14,961 nucleotides of DNA from Candidatus Methylomirabilia bacterium (GTDB lineage Bacteria > Methylomirabilota > Methylomirabilia > Rokubacteriales > CSP1-6). Both the position numbers and the translations under genes were made by a program. Numbering within the stretch: position 1 is the stretch's first letter; each line of letters starts with the position of its first letter. The notes under the pieces are model-generated. The model ran no database searches and was not told the DNA's origin. It worked only from the letters and a program-made list of their open reading frames with translations. Shown here piece by piece: positions 7,502 to 14,955 of this stretch. The stretch is from contig JBHIBG010000065.1 of the NCBI GenBank assembly GCA_046758965.1, forward strand, positions 1 through 14,961, written 5' to 3'.

Positions 7502-9241
7502 ATGGTCCTCACTGGCCTGGACTGGGCTGTCATCGTCGCCTACTTCGCCTTCTCTCTCGCTGTCGGGCTGGTCTTCACCCGTCGGGCCGGCGGGAGCGCT
7601 GACGCCTACTTCCTCTCGGACCGACGGATCCCCTGGTGGATCGCTGGCACCTCGATGGTCGCCACCACCTTCGCGGCTGATACCCCCCTCGCTGTCACCG
7701 GGCTGACCGTCCGCCACGGGATCGCCGGCAACTGGCTCTGGTGGTCCTTCGTGATGAGCGGAATGCTGACGGTGGTCTTCTACGCCCGGCTCTGGCGGCG
7801 AGCCGGGGTCATGACCGATGCGGAGTTGACCGAGCTCCGCTACGCGGGAAGGCCCGCGGCGTTTCTCCGCGCCTTCCGGGCTGGCTACCTGGCCATTCCC
7901 ATCAACTGCATCATTATCGGGTGGGTGACTCATGCCATGGCCACCATTCTGGGACTGACGGTGGGGGCCGGGAAGTGGCAGGCCACGGTTGGCCTCTTCG
8001 CGCTCACCGCCATCTACTCGACCATGTCGGGACTCTGGGGAGTTCTCGTCACTGACATCCTCCAGTTTCCGCTGGCCATGGCTGGCTCCGTTGCCCTGGC
8101 GATCTTCGCTCTCGGAGCGGTGGGCGGGCTCCCGAGGCTTCTGACGGCGCTTGAGACCAAGTACCCTGACGGCGCTCCGCTGGCCTTCTTTCCCGATCTG
8201 GAGTCCGCCTGGATGCCGGCCATGACCTTCTTCGTCTACGTGGCGGTCAACTGGTGGGCATCGTGGTACCCCGGGGCCGAACCTGGCGGTGGAGGGTACG
8301 TGGCCCAACGGATCCTCTCCACCAAGGATGAGCGCCATTCGTTCCTGGCCGCTCTCTGGTTCAACCTGGCCCACTATGTGCTCCGGCCATGGCCGTGGAT
8401 CCTCGTCGCCCTGGTCTCGCTCGTCCTCTATCCCGGACTCGAGAACCCCGAGGAGGGGTACGTCCGCGTCATGGTTGACCACCTGCCGCCTCAGTGGCGG
8501 GGGTTGCTCCTCGCTGCCTTTTTTGCCGCGTACATGTCAACGATCTCCACACACCTGAACTGGGGGACCTCGTATCTCGTCAATGATATCTACCGCCGGT
8601 TCGTCCGCCCCGACGCCCCACCCCGACACTATGTCGGCGTCGCGCGCCTGGCCACCCTCGGCCTGATGGTGGTCGCCGGGGTGATCACTTACTACCTCGA
8701 GTCGGTGGAGGGGGCGTGGAAGTTCCTCCTGGCGATCGGGGCCGGCACGGGGCTCGTTTATCTCCTCAGGTGGTACTGGTGGCGGATCAACGCCTGGTCC
8801 GAAGTGGCGGCGATGGCCGGGGCATTGGTGCTGTCGCTGGCTCTCCAGTTTGGCCTCGGGCTTTCCCCCGATGACCCGCGCGGTTTCGCCTGGCTCATGC
8901 TTTGGACGGTGGCGGGCACGACGGCTATCTGGCTCACCGTGATGTTTCTCACACCGGCCGAGCCGCTCCCGCACTTACAGCGCTTCTACGCCAAGGTGAC
9001 CCCTGGCGGTCCGGGCTGGCGGGCCGTGGCCGGGACGGAGCCGGTGACGGGGCCTGGCTTCGGGCTCTCCGGGCTGTTCGACTGGGTGCTCGGCTGCGCG
9101 GTGGTCTATCTCGGGCTCTTCGGGATCGGCTCGCTGCTTCTGGGCAGGCCGGGCCGCGGAGTGGCCTTCGTCGTGGCGGCGCTTCTCTTGACCGTGTGGA
9201 TTCTCAGAGATCTCGGGCGGCGGCCCAGTGTGATAAGATAA
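7502..9241 (+). CDS. Sodium:solute symporter (SSS/SLC5) family transporter, substrate unknown
   Basis: 579 aa, very hydrophobic. Motifs LDW.VI..YF, YFL..R.IPWW..G.SMVATTF, GLWGV..TD.LQ, QR.LS.KDE, RGLLLAAFFAAYMST.ST.LN...SYLVNDIY. RBS GGGGAGGG just upstream. Confidence 0.93.
   Translation: MVLTGLDWAVIVAYFAFSLAVGLVFTRRAGGSADAYFLSDRRIPWWIAGTSMVATTFAADTPLAVTGLTVRHGIAGNWLWWSFVMSGMLTVVFYARLWRRAGVMTDAELTELRYAGRPAAFLRAFRAGYLAIPINCIIIGWVTHAMATILGLTVGAGKWQATVGLFALTAIYSTMSGLWGVLVTDILQFPLAMAGSVALAIFALGAVGGLPRLLTALETKYPDGAPLAFFPDLESAWMPAMTFFVYVAVNWWASWYPGAEPGGGGYVAQRILSTKDERHSFLAALWFNLAHYVLRPWPWILVALVSLVLYPGLENPEEGYVRVMVDHLPPQWRGLLLAAFFAAYMSTISTHLNWGTSYLVNDIYRRFVRPDAPPRHYVGVARLATLGLMVVAGVITYYLESVEGAWKFLLAIGAGTGLVYLLRWYWWRINAWSEVAAMAGALVLSLALQFGLGLSPDDPRGFAWLMLWTVAGTTAIWLTVMFLTPAEPLPHLQRFYAKVTPGGPGWRAVAGTEPVTGPGFGLSGLFDWVLGCAVVYLGLFGIGSLLLGRPGRGVAFVVAALLLTVWILRDLGRRPSVIR
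9231..9239 (+). promoter_or_regulatory. Putative extended -10 promoter for the GroES-like gene
   Basis: TG-A-TAAGAT overlapping the end of the symporter gene, 30 nt upstream of ATG 9269. Confidence 0.4.
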
Positions 9242-9268
9242 AGCCACTCTGTGCCTCGAGGGGTCACC

Positions 9269-9571
9269 ATGACCAACATCCCCATTCAGGTCTACGGCAT
9301 CAACATTTTGGTGAAACTTCTGAGTGAGGTCCCGGCAGACATCCGGGTCCACTGTCCTAAGGGTTCCCCCATCCGTTACGGCATCGCGGTGGGGCGGGGG
9401 GACGGCTTCGATGAGGGCGCCAACGCGTTCCGGGAGATGCCTCCTGTCAACGCGGTCGTGGCTTTCGAGGAGAGCGCGGAGGAGGTCGAAGGCCACTACT
9501 TCTACGTGGCGGGGGAGGAGTATCGGGTAATCCGCCTCGACGCGGTGATCCTGTCCTTCCCGCATGAGTGA
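9269..9571 (+). CDS. Divergent GroES/Cpn10-like protein (100 aa)
   Basis: RBS GAGGGG 9258-9263 before ATG 9269. Segments align by eye with GroES: IQVYGINILVK~IRPLHDRVIVK, RYGIAVGRGDG~RGEVLAVGNG, VNAVVAF~VGDIVIF, VAGEEYRVIRLDAVIL~IDNEEVLIMSESDIL. No GGI(V/I)L mobile-loop motif. Confidence 0.65.
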   Translation: MTNIPIQVYGINILVKLLSEVPADIRVHCPKGSPIRYGIAVGRGDGFDEGANAFREMPPVNAVVAFEESAEEVEGHYFYVAGEEYRVIRLDAVILSFPHE

Positions 9572-9685
9572 CGGGCAGGCGACCCGGCTCATCTCCGTTG
9601 ACCTTTGCCGGTCGGGAAGTCGAAGCCAGGCGCAGGGGAGCGTCCTGGCCAGGCCTGGACCGCTTCGGCCGACCATGAGACCAAC

Positions 9686-9746
9686 AGAAAACAAGAGATT
9701 ATCCTTATTCTGTAGTGGCTTGCGTCACGATAGCTCTTGATTTTCT
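9686..9746. repeat. AT-rich imperfect inverted repeat upstream of the MEMO-family gene
   Basis: AGAAAA-CAAGAGATTATC (9686-9703) versus GATAGCTCTTGATTTTCT (9729-9746), with a 25-nt spacer. Confidence 0.6.
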
Positions 9747-9771
9747 TGAAGGGTAGATCGAGGGCGTTGAG

Positions 9772-11013
9772 TTGGAGGCTTCCAGAGACTGGTCGGAACG
9801 TCCGCGGCTCAGGCCGGTGGAGGCGTTTCCCGTAGAGGCCGACGGCAGGAAGGTGGTCGGCCTTCGCGATCCTGCCGGCTTTACCGAGTCGGTTCTCCTC
9901 ATCCCGCACCAGCTCCTCGATGTCGTCTCGCTCCTCGACGGTCAGCACACGGTCCTGGACATCCAGGAGGCGTACATGCGCCGGCACGGGGAGTTGCTCT
10001 TCAGCGAGCGACTGGCAGAGATCATCGGGATGCTGGACGAGCACGGCTTCCTGGAGAGCCCGCGTTTTGCCGAGCATCGGCGGCGGATTGAAGAGACCTT
10101 CCGCCGGAGCCCGATCCGACCAGCCATCCATGCCGGTAAGGCCTACGCCGGAGACTCCGAGGCTCTGCAGGCTCAGCTCGCGGGGTTCTTCACTCCCCCC
10201 GACGGCCCGGGTCCGCCCGGCTCGCCCTCGATGCCCTCCCTCCGCGCCATCATTGCTCCCCACATCGACTTCCACCGCGGAGGGCCGGTGTACGCCTGGG
10301 CATACCGGGAGATCGGGGAGAGGTGCGATGCCGACCTCTTCGTGATCCTCGGCACCTGCCACGCCGGGATGGATGACCCCTTCGCCCTGACGCTCAAAGA
10401 TTACGACACGCCCTTGGGCCCGGCTCGGGCCGACCGGGAGTTCTCCGAGGCCCTCGCGCGCCGCTTCGGCGAGGACCTCCTGGGGAGCGAGCTGGCTCAT
10501 CGAGGCGAGCATTCGATCGAGTTCCAGGCCGTGTTCCTGAAATATCTGTTGGGGGATCGCCGGGATTTCTCGATCGTCCCGATCCTCGCGAGTTTTCTCC
10601 ACGAGAGCATTATTCGGGGAGACGAGCCGGAGGCTGACCCTCGGGTGCCGCGCTTCTTCGAGGCGCTCGCCGAGACTCTGGCGACGGCGCGACGGCGCGC
10701 CTGCCTCGTGGCCGGGGCAGACCTGGCCCATGTGGGTCCCCGCTTCGGCGACCGGGAGCCGGTGAACGTGCCGGTCCTCCGTCAGCTGGAACAGGAGGAC
10801 CGCGCCATGCTGGAGGCCGTGGTTGCGGGCGATGCTCGTGGCTTTTACCGGTCGGTGGCCGAGGACGAAGACCGCCGGCGCATCTGCGGGCTTTCGCCCA
10901 TCTATGCGCTCCTTCGCTGCCTCGAGCCTTCGAGCGGACGGCTGCTCAAATACGGCCAGTGGCCGGATCCTCAAGGGACGGTCACGTTCGCCAGCCTGGC
11001 CTTTTCCTCATGA
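9772..11013 (+). CDS. amrB: MEMO1-family protein (AmmeMemoRadiSam protein B-like) with an N-terminal PqqD/RRE-like domain
   Basis: Motifs RPA.HAG..Y, IIAPHID, VILGTCH, DTPLG, H..EHSIEFQ, IVPIL, ADLAHVG.RFGD, ICG..PI, VTFAS. TTG start with GAGGG about 7 nt upstream. About 110 extra N-terminal residues. Confidence 0.85.
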   Translation: MEASRDWSERPRLRPVEAFPVEADGRKVVGLRDPAGFTESVLLIPHQLLDVVSLLDGQHTVLDIQEAYMRRHGELLFSERLAEIIGMLDEHGFLESPRFAEHRRRIEETFRRSPIRPAIHAGKAYAGDSEALQAQLAGFFTPPDGPGPPGSPSMPSLRAIIAPHIDFHRGGPVYAWAYREIGERCDADLFVILGTCHAGMDDPFALTLKDYDTPLGPARADREFSEALARRFGEDLLGSELAHRGEHSIEFQAVFLKYLLGDRRDFSIVPILASFLHESIIRGDEPEADPRVPRFFEALAETLATARRRACLVAGADLAHVGPRFGDREPVNVPVLRQLEQEDRAMLEAVVAGDARGFYRSVAEDEDRRRICGLSPIYALLRCLEPSSGRLLKYGQWPDPQGTVTFASLAFSS

Positions 11014-11468
11014 GCACGCCCGACCCGCCCGAGAGGTCGTTTCCCCACCTCAAGATCGACCGGGATGGCGACTGGTACACCGATGGGATGGAGATTACCC
11101 ACTCGGGGGTCCTCGCCAACCTCCGGGGGAACCTGAGGCAGGACGCGGAAGGGTACTTCGTCCAGGTCGGGCCCGTGAGGGTCCCGGTGGAGGTGGAGGA
11201 TACGCCCGTCACCGTGATCCGGGTTGAGCACGCGGGTGATCGGCTCCGTCTCACGCTGAACGACGGCAGCGACGAGCCGCTCGATCCGGCGACCCTCAGG
11301 TACGCGCCAGGCGGAGTGCCGTACTGCCGCGTCAAGGGAGGCCAGTTCGAGGCGCGGCTCACCCGTGCGGCCACCTACCAGCTTGCCCAGTTCGTCCAGT
11401 ACGACGAGGTATCAGACGTGGCGACTCTCGTTCTGGCGGGTGCCCGCTACCCGGTGAAGAAGCGGTGA
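11010..11468 (+). CDS. DUF1285-like protein of unknown function (152 aa)
   Basis: ATGA overlap with the amrB stop. Motifs I.RDG.WY.DG..I, VPVEVEDTP, L.LTLNDG, PY..V...F.AR.TRA..YQLA. Confidence 0.75.
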   Translation: MSTPDPPERSFPHLKIDRDGDWYTDGMEITHSGVLANLRGNLRQDAEGYFVQVGPVRVPVEVEDTPVTVIRVEHAGDRLRLTLNDGSDEPLDPATLRYAPGGVPYCRVKGGQFEARLTRAATYQLAQFVQYDEVSDVATLVLAGARYPVKKR

Positions 11469-11484
11469 TGCCCGAGGCTTCGTC

Positions 11485-11513
11485 TTGACAGGGTTGAAAG
11501 CGCCCGCTACGGT
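11485..11513 (+). promoter_or_regulatory. sigma70-type promoter
   Basis: Perfect -35 TTGACA (11485-11490), 17-nt spacer, -10 TACGGT (11508-11513), 35 nt upstream of GTG 11549. Confidence 0.7.
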
Positions 11514-11548
11514 AGTGGGGAACACGTAGCGAAAAGTCGGGCAACGCC

Positions 11549-12361
11549 GTGAGAATTGACCAGTACCTCTGCGTGGCGTGCGGCAACTGCATCCCGGTCT
11601 GCCCGATGGGCGCCATCTACATCGATCCCGCCCGCAATCGCGCCAGTGTCAACGAGGAGGAGTGCGTGGAGTGCTATGCGTGCTTCCGCGGGATGTCCAA
11701 GGAGCACCTGTTTCCGCCCATGGTCCGGGCGATCCGGAGGGTGGCCAAGGCGTTCCGGTTCCGCTTTGATCCCGAGCCCGACGTCTGCCCCACCGACGCC
11801 ATCGTCCCCCAGGAGCTAACCTGGCCCCGCATCGTCCGTCGCGCCTTCTCCGATCCGCAAGTGCCGCACGAGTCTACCGGCATTCCCGGTCGCGGCACGG
11901 CGGAGGTCAAGACCAACGACGTGACCAACCGAGTGAAGGAAGGCGAGGCCGGATTCGTCATCGAGTTCGGCCGGCCCGGCATCGGAGTCCGCTTCCGGGA
12001 GATCCAGAAAATGACTCGAGTCCTGGCTGGCTGCGGCGTCGAGTTCGAGAAGCACAACCCCGTGGCCTCCCTCATGACCGACGCCGCGCGGGGGCTGATC
12101 CGTGAGGAGATCCTGGACGAGAAGATCCTCTCCGCCATCGTGGAGATCAAAGTGGGGCTCGAGCAGGTTCCCGAGATCCTCCGCGTGATCCGGAGCGTGT
12201 CTCCGGAGCTGGATACCGTGGTAGCGGTCGGCGTGTCGACCCGGTGCGACAGCGACGGGGAGGACCCGCTGGGCGATCTCCTGAGGCGTGAGGGGTACCC
12301 GGCCTACCGCGGCAAGACCAACCTGGGGCTCGGCCGGATCACGAAGCAGGTGCCCGCATGA
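11549..12361 (+). CDS. Uncharacterised protein with an N-terminal 2x[4Fe-4S] ferredoxin domain and a ~180-aa C-terminal domain
   Basis: CVACGNCIPVCP and CVECYAC-(long insert)-VCP, then FSDP...H..TG.PGRGT.E.KTNDVT and EFGRPG.G, ending K.NLGLGR. Confidence 0.85.
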   Translation: MRIDQYLCVACGNCIPVCPMGAIYIDPARNRASVNEEECVECYACFRGMSKEHLFPPMVRAIRRVAKAFRFRFDPEPDVCPTDAIVPQELTWPRIVRRAFSDPQVPHESTGIPGRGTAEVKTNDVTNRVKEGEAGFVIEFGRPGIGVRFREIQKMTRVLAGCGVEFEKHNPVASLMTDAARGLIREEILDEKILSAIVEIKVGLEQVPEILRVIRSVSPELDTVVAVGVSTRCDSDGEDPLGDLLRREGYPAYRGKTNLGLGRITKQVPA

Positions 12362-13062
12362 CCAACACGCTTCATCGCTACAGCGACCATTACGCCCAGA
12401 CGCCGCGCGAGGGCGTCGCTCCGGTGGAGAATGACTACATCGTCTTTGCCATGGCCAGTCGGGACCTCAACGACGAGAATTTGGTGGAGAAGTACCGGAC
12501 CTTCGTTCGGCTGGCGTTGCGGCACAACCCGGTGAACGTGGGCGACGCGACCAAGGGAGGCCTCTTGCGCCCTCAGCCGAGGCTCACCCCCCTTGCCCAC
12601 TGGCAGCGCGAGCAGCGCCCCGATGCGGAGCGGTTGATCCAGGACATTGACGGCCACACCACCGTCGCCGCAGTCTTTTCCACCTACGAGGCCATGAAGG
12701 GGTTCGTCGAAGAGTTGCGCGAGGCCGATCTCGGGGTCTCGATCAACATCAGTGCCCCTCTGGATTCCGCCAAGCGCTGCTGCCAGGGCGCTGACATCCG
12801 CCGGCACAGCGTGGAGTACTCGCTAGGGTTCCAGGGGCGCGTGGATCGGCTCCCGGACAAGACGGTGCTCGAGATCGGCACCATGTGCGGCCACGGGATG
12901 GTCTCCCACAACCTGGTGAAAAAGCTCCTCGACTGGATCAAAGAAGGGCGGCGGACTCCCCAGCAGGCGACGACCTACCTGGCCCGCTTCTGCATCTGCG
13001 GGGTCTTCAACACGGCCCGGGCGGAGGAGCTCTTCGAGCGCGCGCGTACCGGCAGTTCGTAG
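12358..13062 (+). CDS. Uncharacterised Cys/His-motif protein, partner of the upstream Fe-S protein
   Basis: ATGA overlap with the upstream gene; 234 aa. Motifs MTNTLHR, RCC...IRRHSVEYSLG, TMCGHGMVS, FCICGVFN. Confidence 0.85.
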   Translation: MTNTLHRYSDHYAQTPREGVAPVENDYIVFAMASRDLNDENLVEKYRTFVRLALRHNPVNVGDATKGGLLRPQPRLTPLAHWQREQRPDAERLIQDIDGHTTVAAVFSTYEAMKGFVEELREADLGVSINISAPLDSAKRCCQGADIRRHSVEYSLGFQGRVDRLPDKTVLEIGTMCGHGMVSHNLVKKLLDWIKEGRRTPQQATTYLARFCICGVFNTARAEELFERARTGSS

Positions 13063-13076
13063 CGCGGCTTCCTTTC

Positions 13077-13097
13077 GCGGGCCCTGGCCCGTTTCTT
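13077..13097 (+). terminator. Probable intrinsic terminator
   Basis: GCGGGC-CCTG-GCCCGT stem followed by TTCTT, 15 nt after stop 13062, in a gap between convergent genes. Confidence 0.5.
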
Positions 13098-13164
13098 CGG
13101 TCTGACTTCGCTCCTCTCTCCGTTCCCGAACGAGTCTCTGCCATTGCGGGGAAACCACCAGGTC

Positions 13165-14067
13165 TCAGAAGATCGCCAGGGGATTTGCCGGGGCGCCCGT
13201 GCTGCCGACGAGGCGGAGCGGCGTCGCCGTGAAGAGAAACTCGTGGCGTCCCGCCTCTGCACAGGCGGTGAGGAGCCGCTCGGGATAGACGTTGTCGATC
13301 AGGACCAGCCCGAGGAAGGGGATGGCCAGGTGGGTGCCCATGCCGTAGCCGGCATAGCCTGTCGGGCGCTCGTCCATCATGTCCCAGGCAATGGCCGCGA
13401 TGTCATGCTCGCGAAACCATTCCAGACAGGAGATGTGGAGACCTGGATGCGGGAAGACACGCGGCACCCAGTCGGGGTTGGCCCGCTGAAACGCCTCCTG
13501 GCCGCTGCGAACCACCACGACGTCTCCCGCCTCGACCTTCACGCCGGCGCGCGCGGCCACCGCGTCCAGCTCGCGGGGCGTGACGGGCTTGCCCACCGTG
13601 ACGTACCCCTCCTTGCGCCCCGCGGCAACGTCCAGGAGGACACCGCGCGTCGTGATCCCATCGAAGAGGGGATCGATCGGGCACCAGGTGGCGCCTGCCG
13701 GAGTCAGGCTCCGAGCGAACGGGCGCCCGTTGTAGAGTTGCCCGTCGAAGGCCACGTGACAGAGGGCATCGATGTGGGTGACGGTGAAGCCGTGATAGAC
13801 GAGATCGAAGCGATCGAGCACCGCCTCCGCGCGCTCCCGGTTCAACGGGAACGTGACATGATACATCAGGGCTGGCTGCGGCCCGATGTCTCGCGCCAGC
13901 GATGCCGTGCGGCCGGAGCGGACCAGGGCCTCGGCCGCGGCTCGCTTCGCCTCCGTGATCAGGTTCACGGTGCCGACCTGATCGTTGTCGCCCCAGCGCC
14001 CCCAGTTGTTCAGCTCCTTGAAATACCCTTCCACGTGCGCCTGCGTGGGTGCTGTCCAATCTGACAT
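13165..14067 (-). CDS. Cyclase-family metal-dependent hydrolase (kynurenine formamidase-like), 300 aa
   Basis: Motifs NNWGRWG..D..GT.NLIT, HG...THIDAL.H, GI.TRGVLLDV, GDVVVVRSG, HPGL, PL...G.TG.P.NP.AIF. RBS GAGGAG (complement of 14075-14080) supports ATG 14067 rather than 14154. Confidence 0.9.
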   Translation of the reverse strand: MSDWTAPTQAHVEGYFKELNNWGRWGDNDQVGTVNLITEAKRAAAEALVRSGRTASLARDIGPQPALMYHVTFPLNRERAEAVLDRFDLVYHGFTVTHIDALCHVAFDGQLYNGRPFARSLTPAGATWCPIDPLFDGITTRGVLLDVAAGRKEGYVTVGKPVTPRELDAVAARAGVKVEAGDVVVVRSGQEAFQRANPDWVPRVFPHPGLHISCLEWFREHDIAAIAWDMMDERPTGYAGYGMGTHLAIPFLGLVLIDNVYPERLLTACAEAGRHEFLFTATPLRLVGSTGAPANPLAIF

Positions 14068-14187
14068 CGGTGTGCTCCTCTCGAGCGCGGTCCGGAAAAT
14101 TCTCAGGGATGCAGCCGGCCTGGCGCCTGAGCGGGCGCAGGCAGCAGCGGACATCGCAACAGAAGGTAGACCAAGAGCCGGGACGCG

Positions 14188-14955
14188 TCAAGCGGGCGAG
14201 CACTGCACGAAGGGCACTCCGAGCGCCGGGTGCCGACCCTCGGGGAGTGAGATCGGCCGCTCGCTGGTGAATTCGATAGAGACCGGTCCCTCGTCACGGA
14301 CCGGATCGATCTCGACGGCAAGGCGCATGGGTGAGCCCGGCCAGCGGTAGAGCAGCTCGCCCGCCGCGACTTCCGTACACTCGCCCCTCAGGACCAGCTC
14401 CCACTGGGTCCGCGCGCGCTCACGGGATCGGGCTCTGAGCCGCAATCCCAGGATCGTGACGGCTGGAGGCGGATTCGCCGGCCCGGGCGGCAGCTGCCAG
14501 TGCCGCGGGCCTTCCTCGGCTCCCGAGGATCTCGACTCGGCGAGCTGAACAACGATCCCGAGAGCCTGCTTCGGGTGAAGGAACGCCTCGGCCCAGCGCG
14601 GGTCGGAGTCGTCGTAGCCCACGATGGTATAGCCGTGCGCCTCAGCGCGATCGCACGCCTCGCGCAGGCTCGGCACGATGAAGGTCACGTGGTGGACTCC
14701 CGGACCCCGCTGTCTCAGGAAGCGGTGCAGAAAGCCGTCCTCGCCCATCGGTTCGATGATCTCGATGTACCCTCCCCCTTTGAAGCGCCAGATGCCCCAG
14801 CGGAAGACCCCGGAGGGCCCTCCGAACTCGGGGACGCCGCCGAGCTCGCCGACGAGAATCGCCGGCACGCTGGCCATGCGTTCCATCGCGATTGCGATGT
14901 GATCGAAGATAATGTGTCGAGCCGTAAGGGGACGCCGATCTGTGTTAGCCGACAT
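14188..14955 (-). CDS. VOC (glyoxalase / methylmalonyl-CoA epimerase-like) family protein with a degenerate second VOC-like module
   Basis: Motifs FDHIAIA, IEIIEP, FL.RFL..RGPGVHHVTF.V, EAFLHPK.A.G.VVQLAE. An in-frame TGA two codons upstream means the frame cannot extend 5' of ATG 14955. Confidence 0.85.
   Translation of the reverse strand: MSANTDRRPLTARHIIFDHIAIAMERMASVPAILVGELGGVPEFGGPSGVFRWGIWRFKGGGYIEIIEPMGEDGFLHRFLRQRGPGVHHVTFIVPSLREACDRAEAHGYTIVGYDDSDPRWAEAFLHPKQALGIVVQLAESRSSGAEEGPRHWQLPPGPANPPPAVTILGLRLRARSRERARTQWELVLRGECTEVAAGELLYRWPGSPMRLAVEIDPVRDEGPVSIEFTSERPISLPEGRHPALGVPFVQCSPA

Noticed and set aside
7358..8482. 374-aa minus-strand ORF
   Set aside because: Antisense shadow of the symporter and rmuC.
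9596..9630. Glutamine-riboswitch-like CGTTGACC-loop-GGTC-GGGAAGT
   Set aside because: No 3' AACG strand to close P1, and the gene context is unrelated.
9675..9740. 21-codon ORF MRPTENKRLSLFCSGLRHDSS as a RiPP precursor for the RRE-MEMO protein
   Set aside because: No RBS, AT-rich atypical codons, and it coincides with the inverted repeat; unsupported without conservation data.
9589..10974. 461-aa minus-strand ORF
   Set aside because: Antisense shadow of the MEMO-family gene.
13144..14064. 306-aa plus-strand ORF
   Set aside because: Antisense shadow of the cyclase-family gene.
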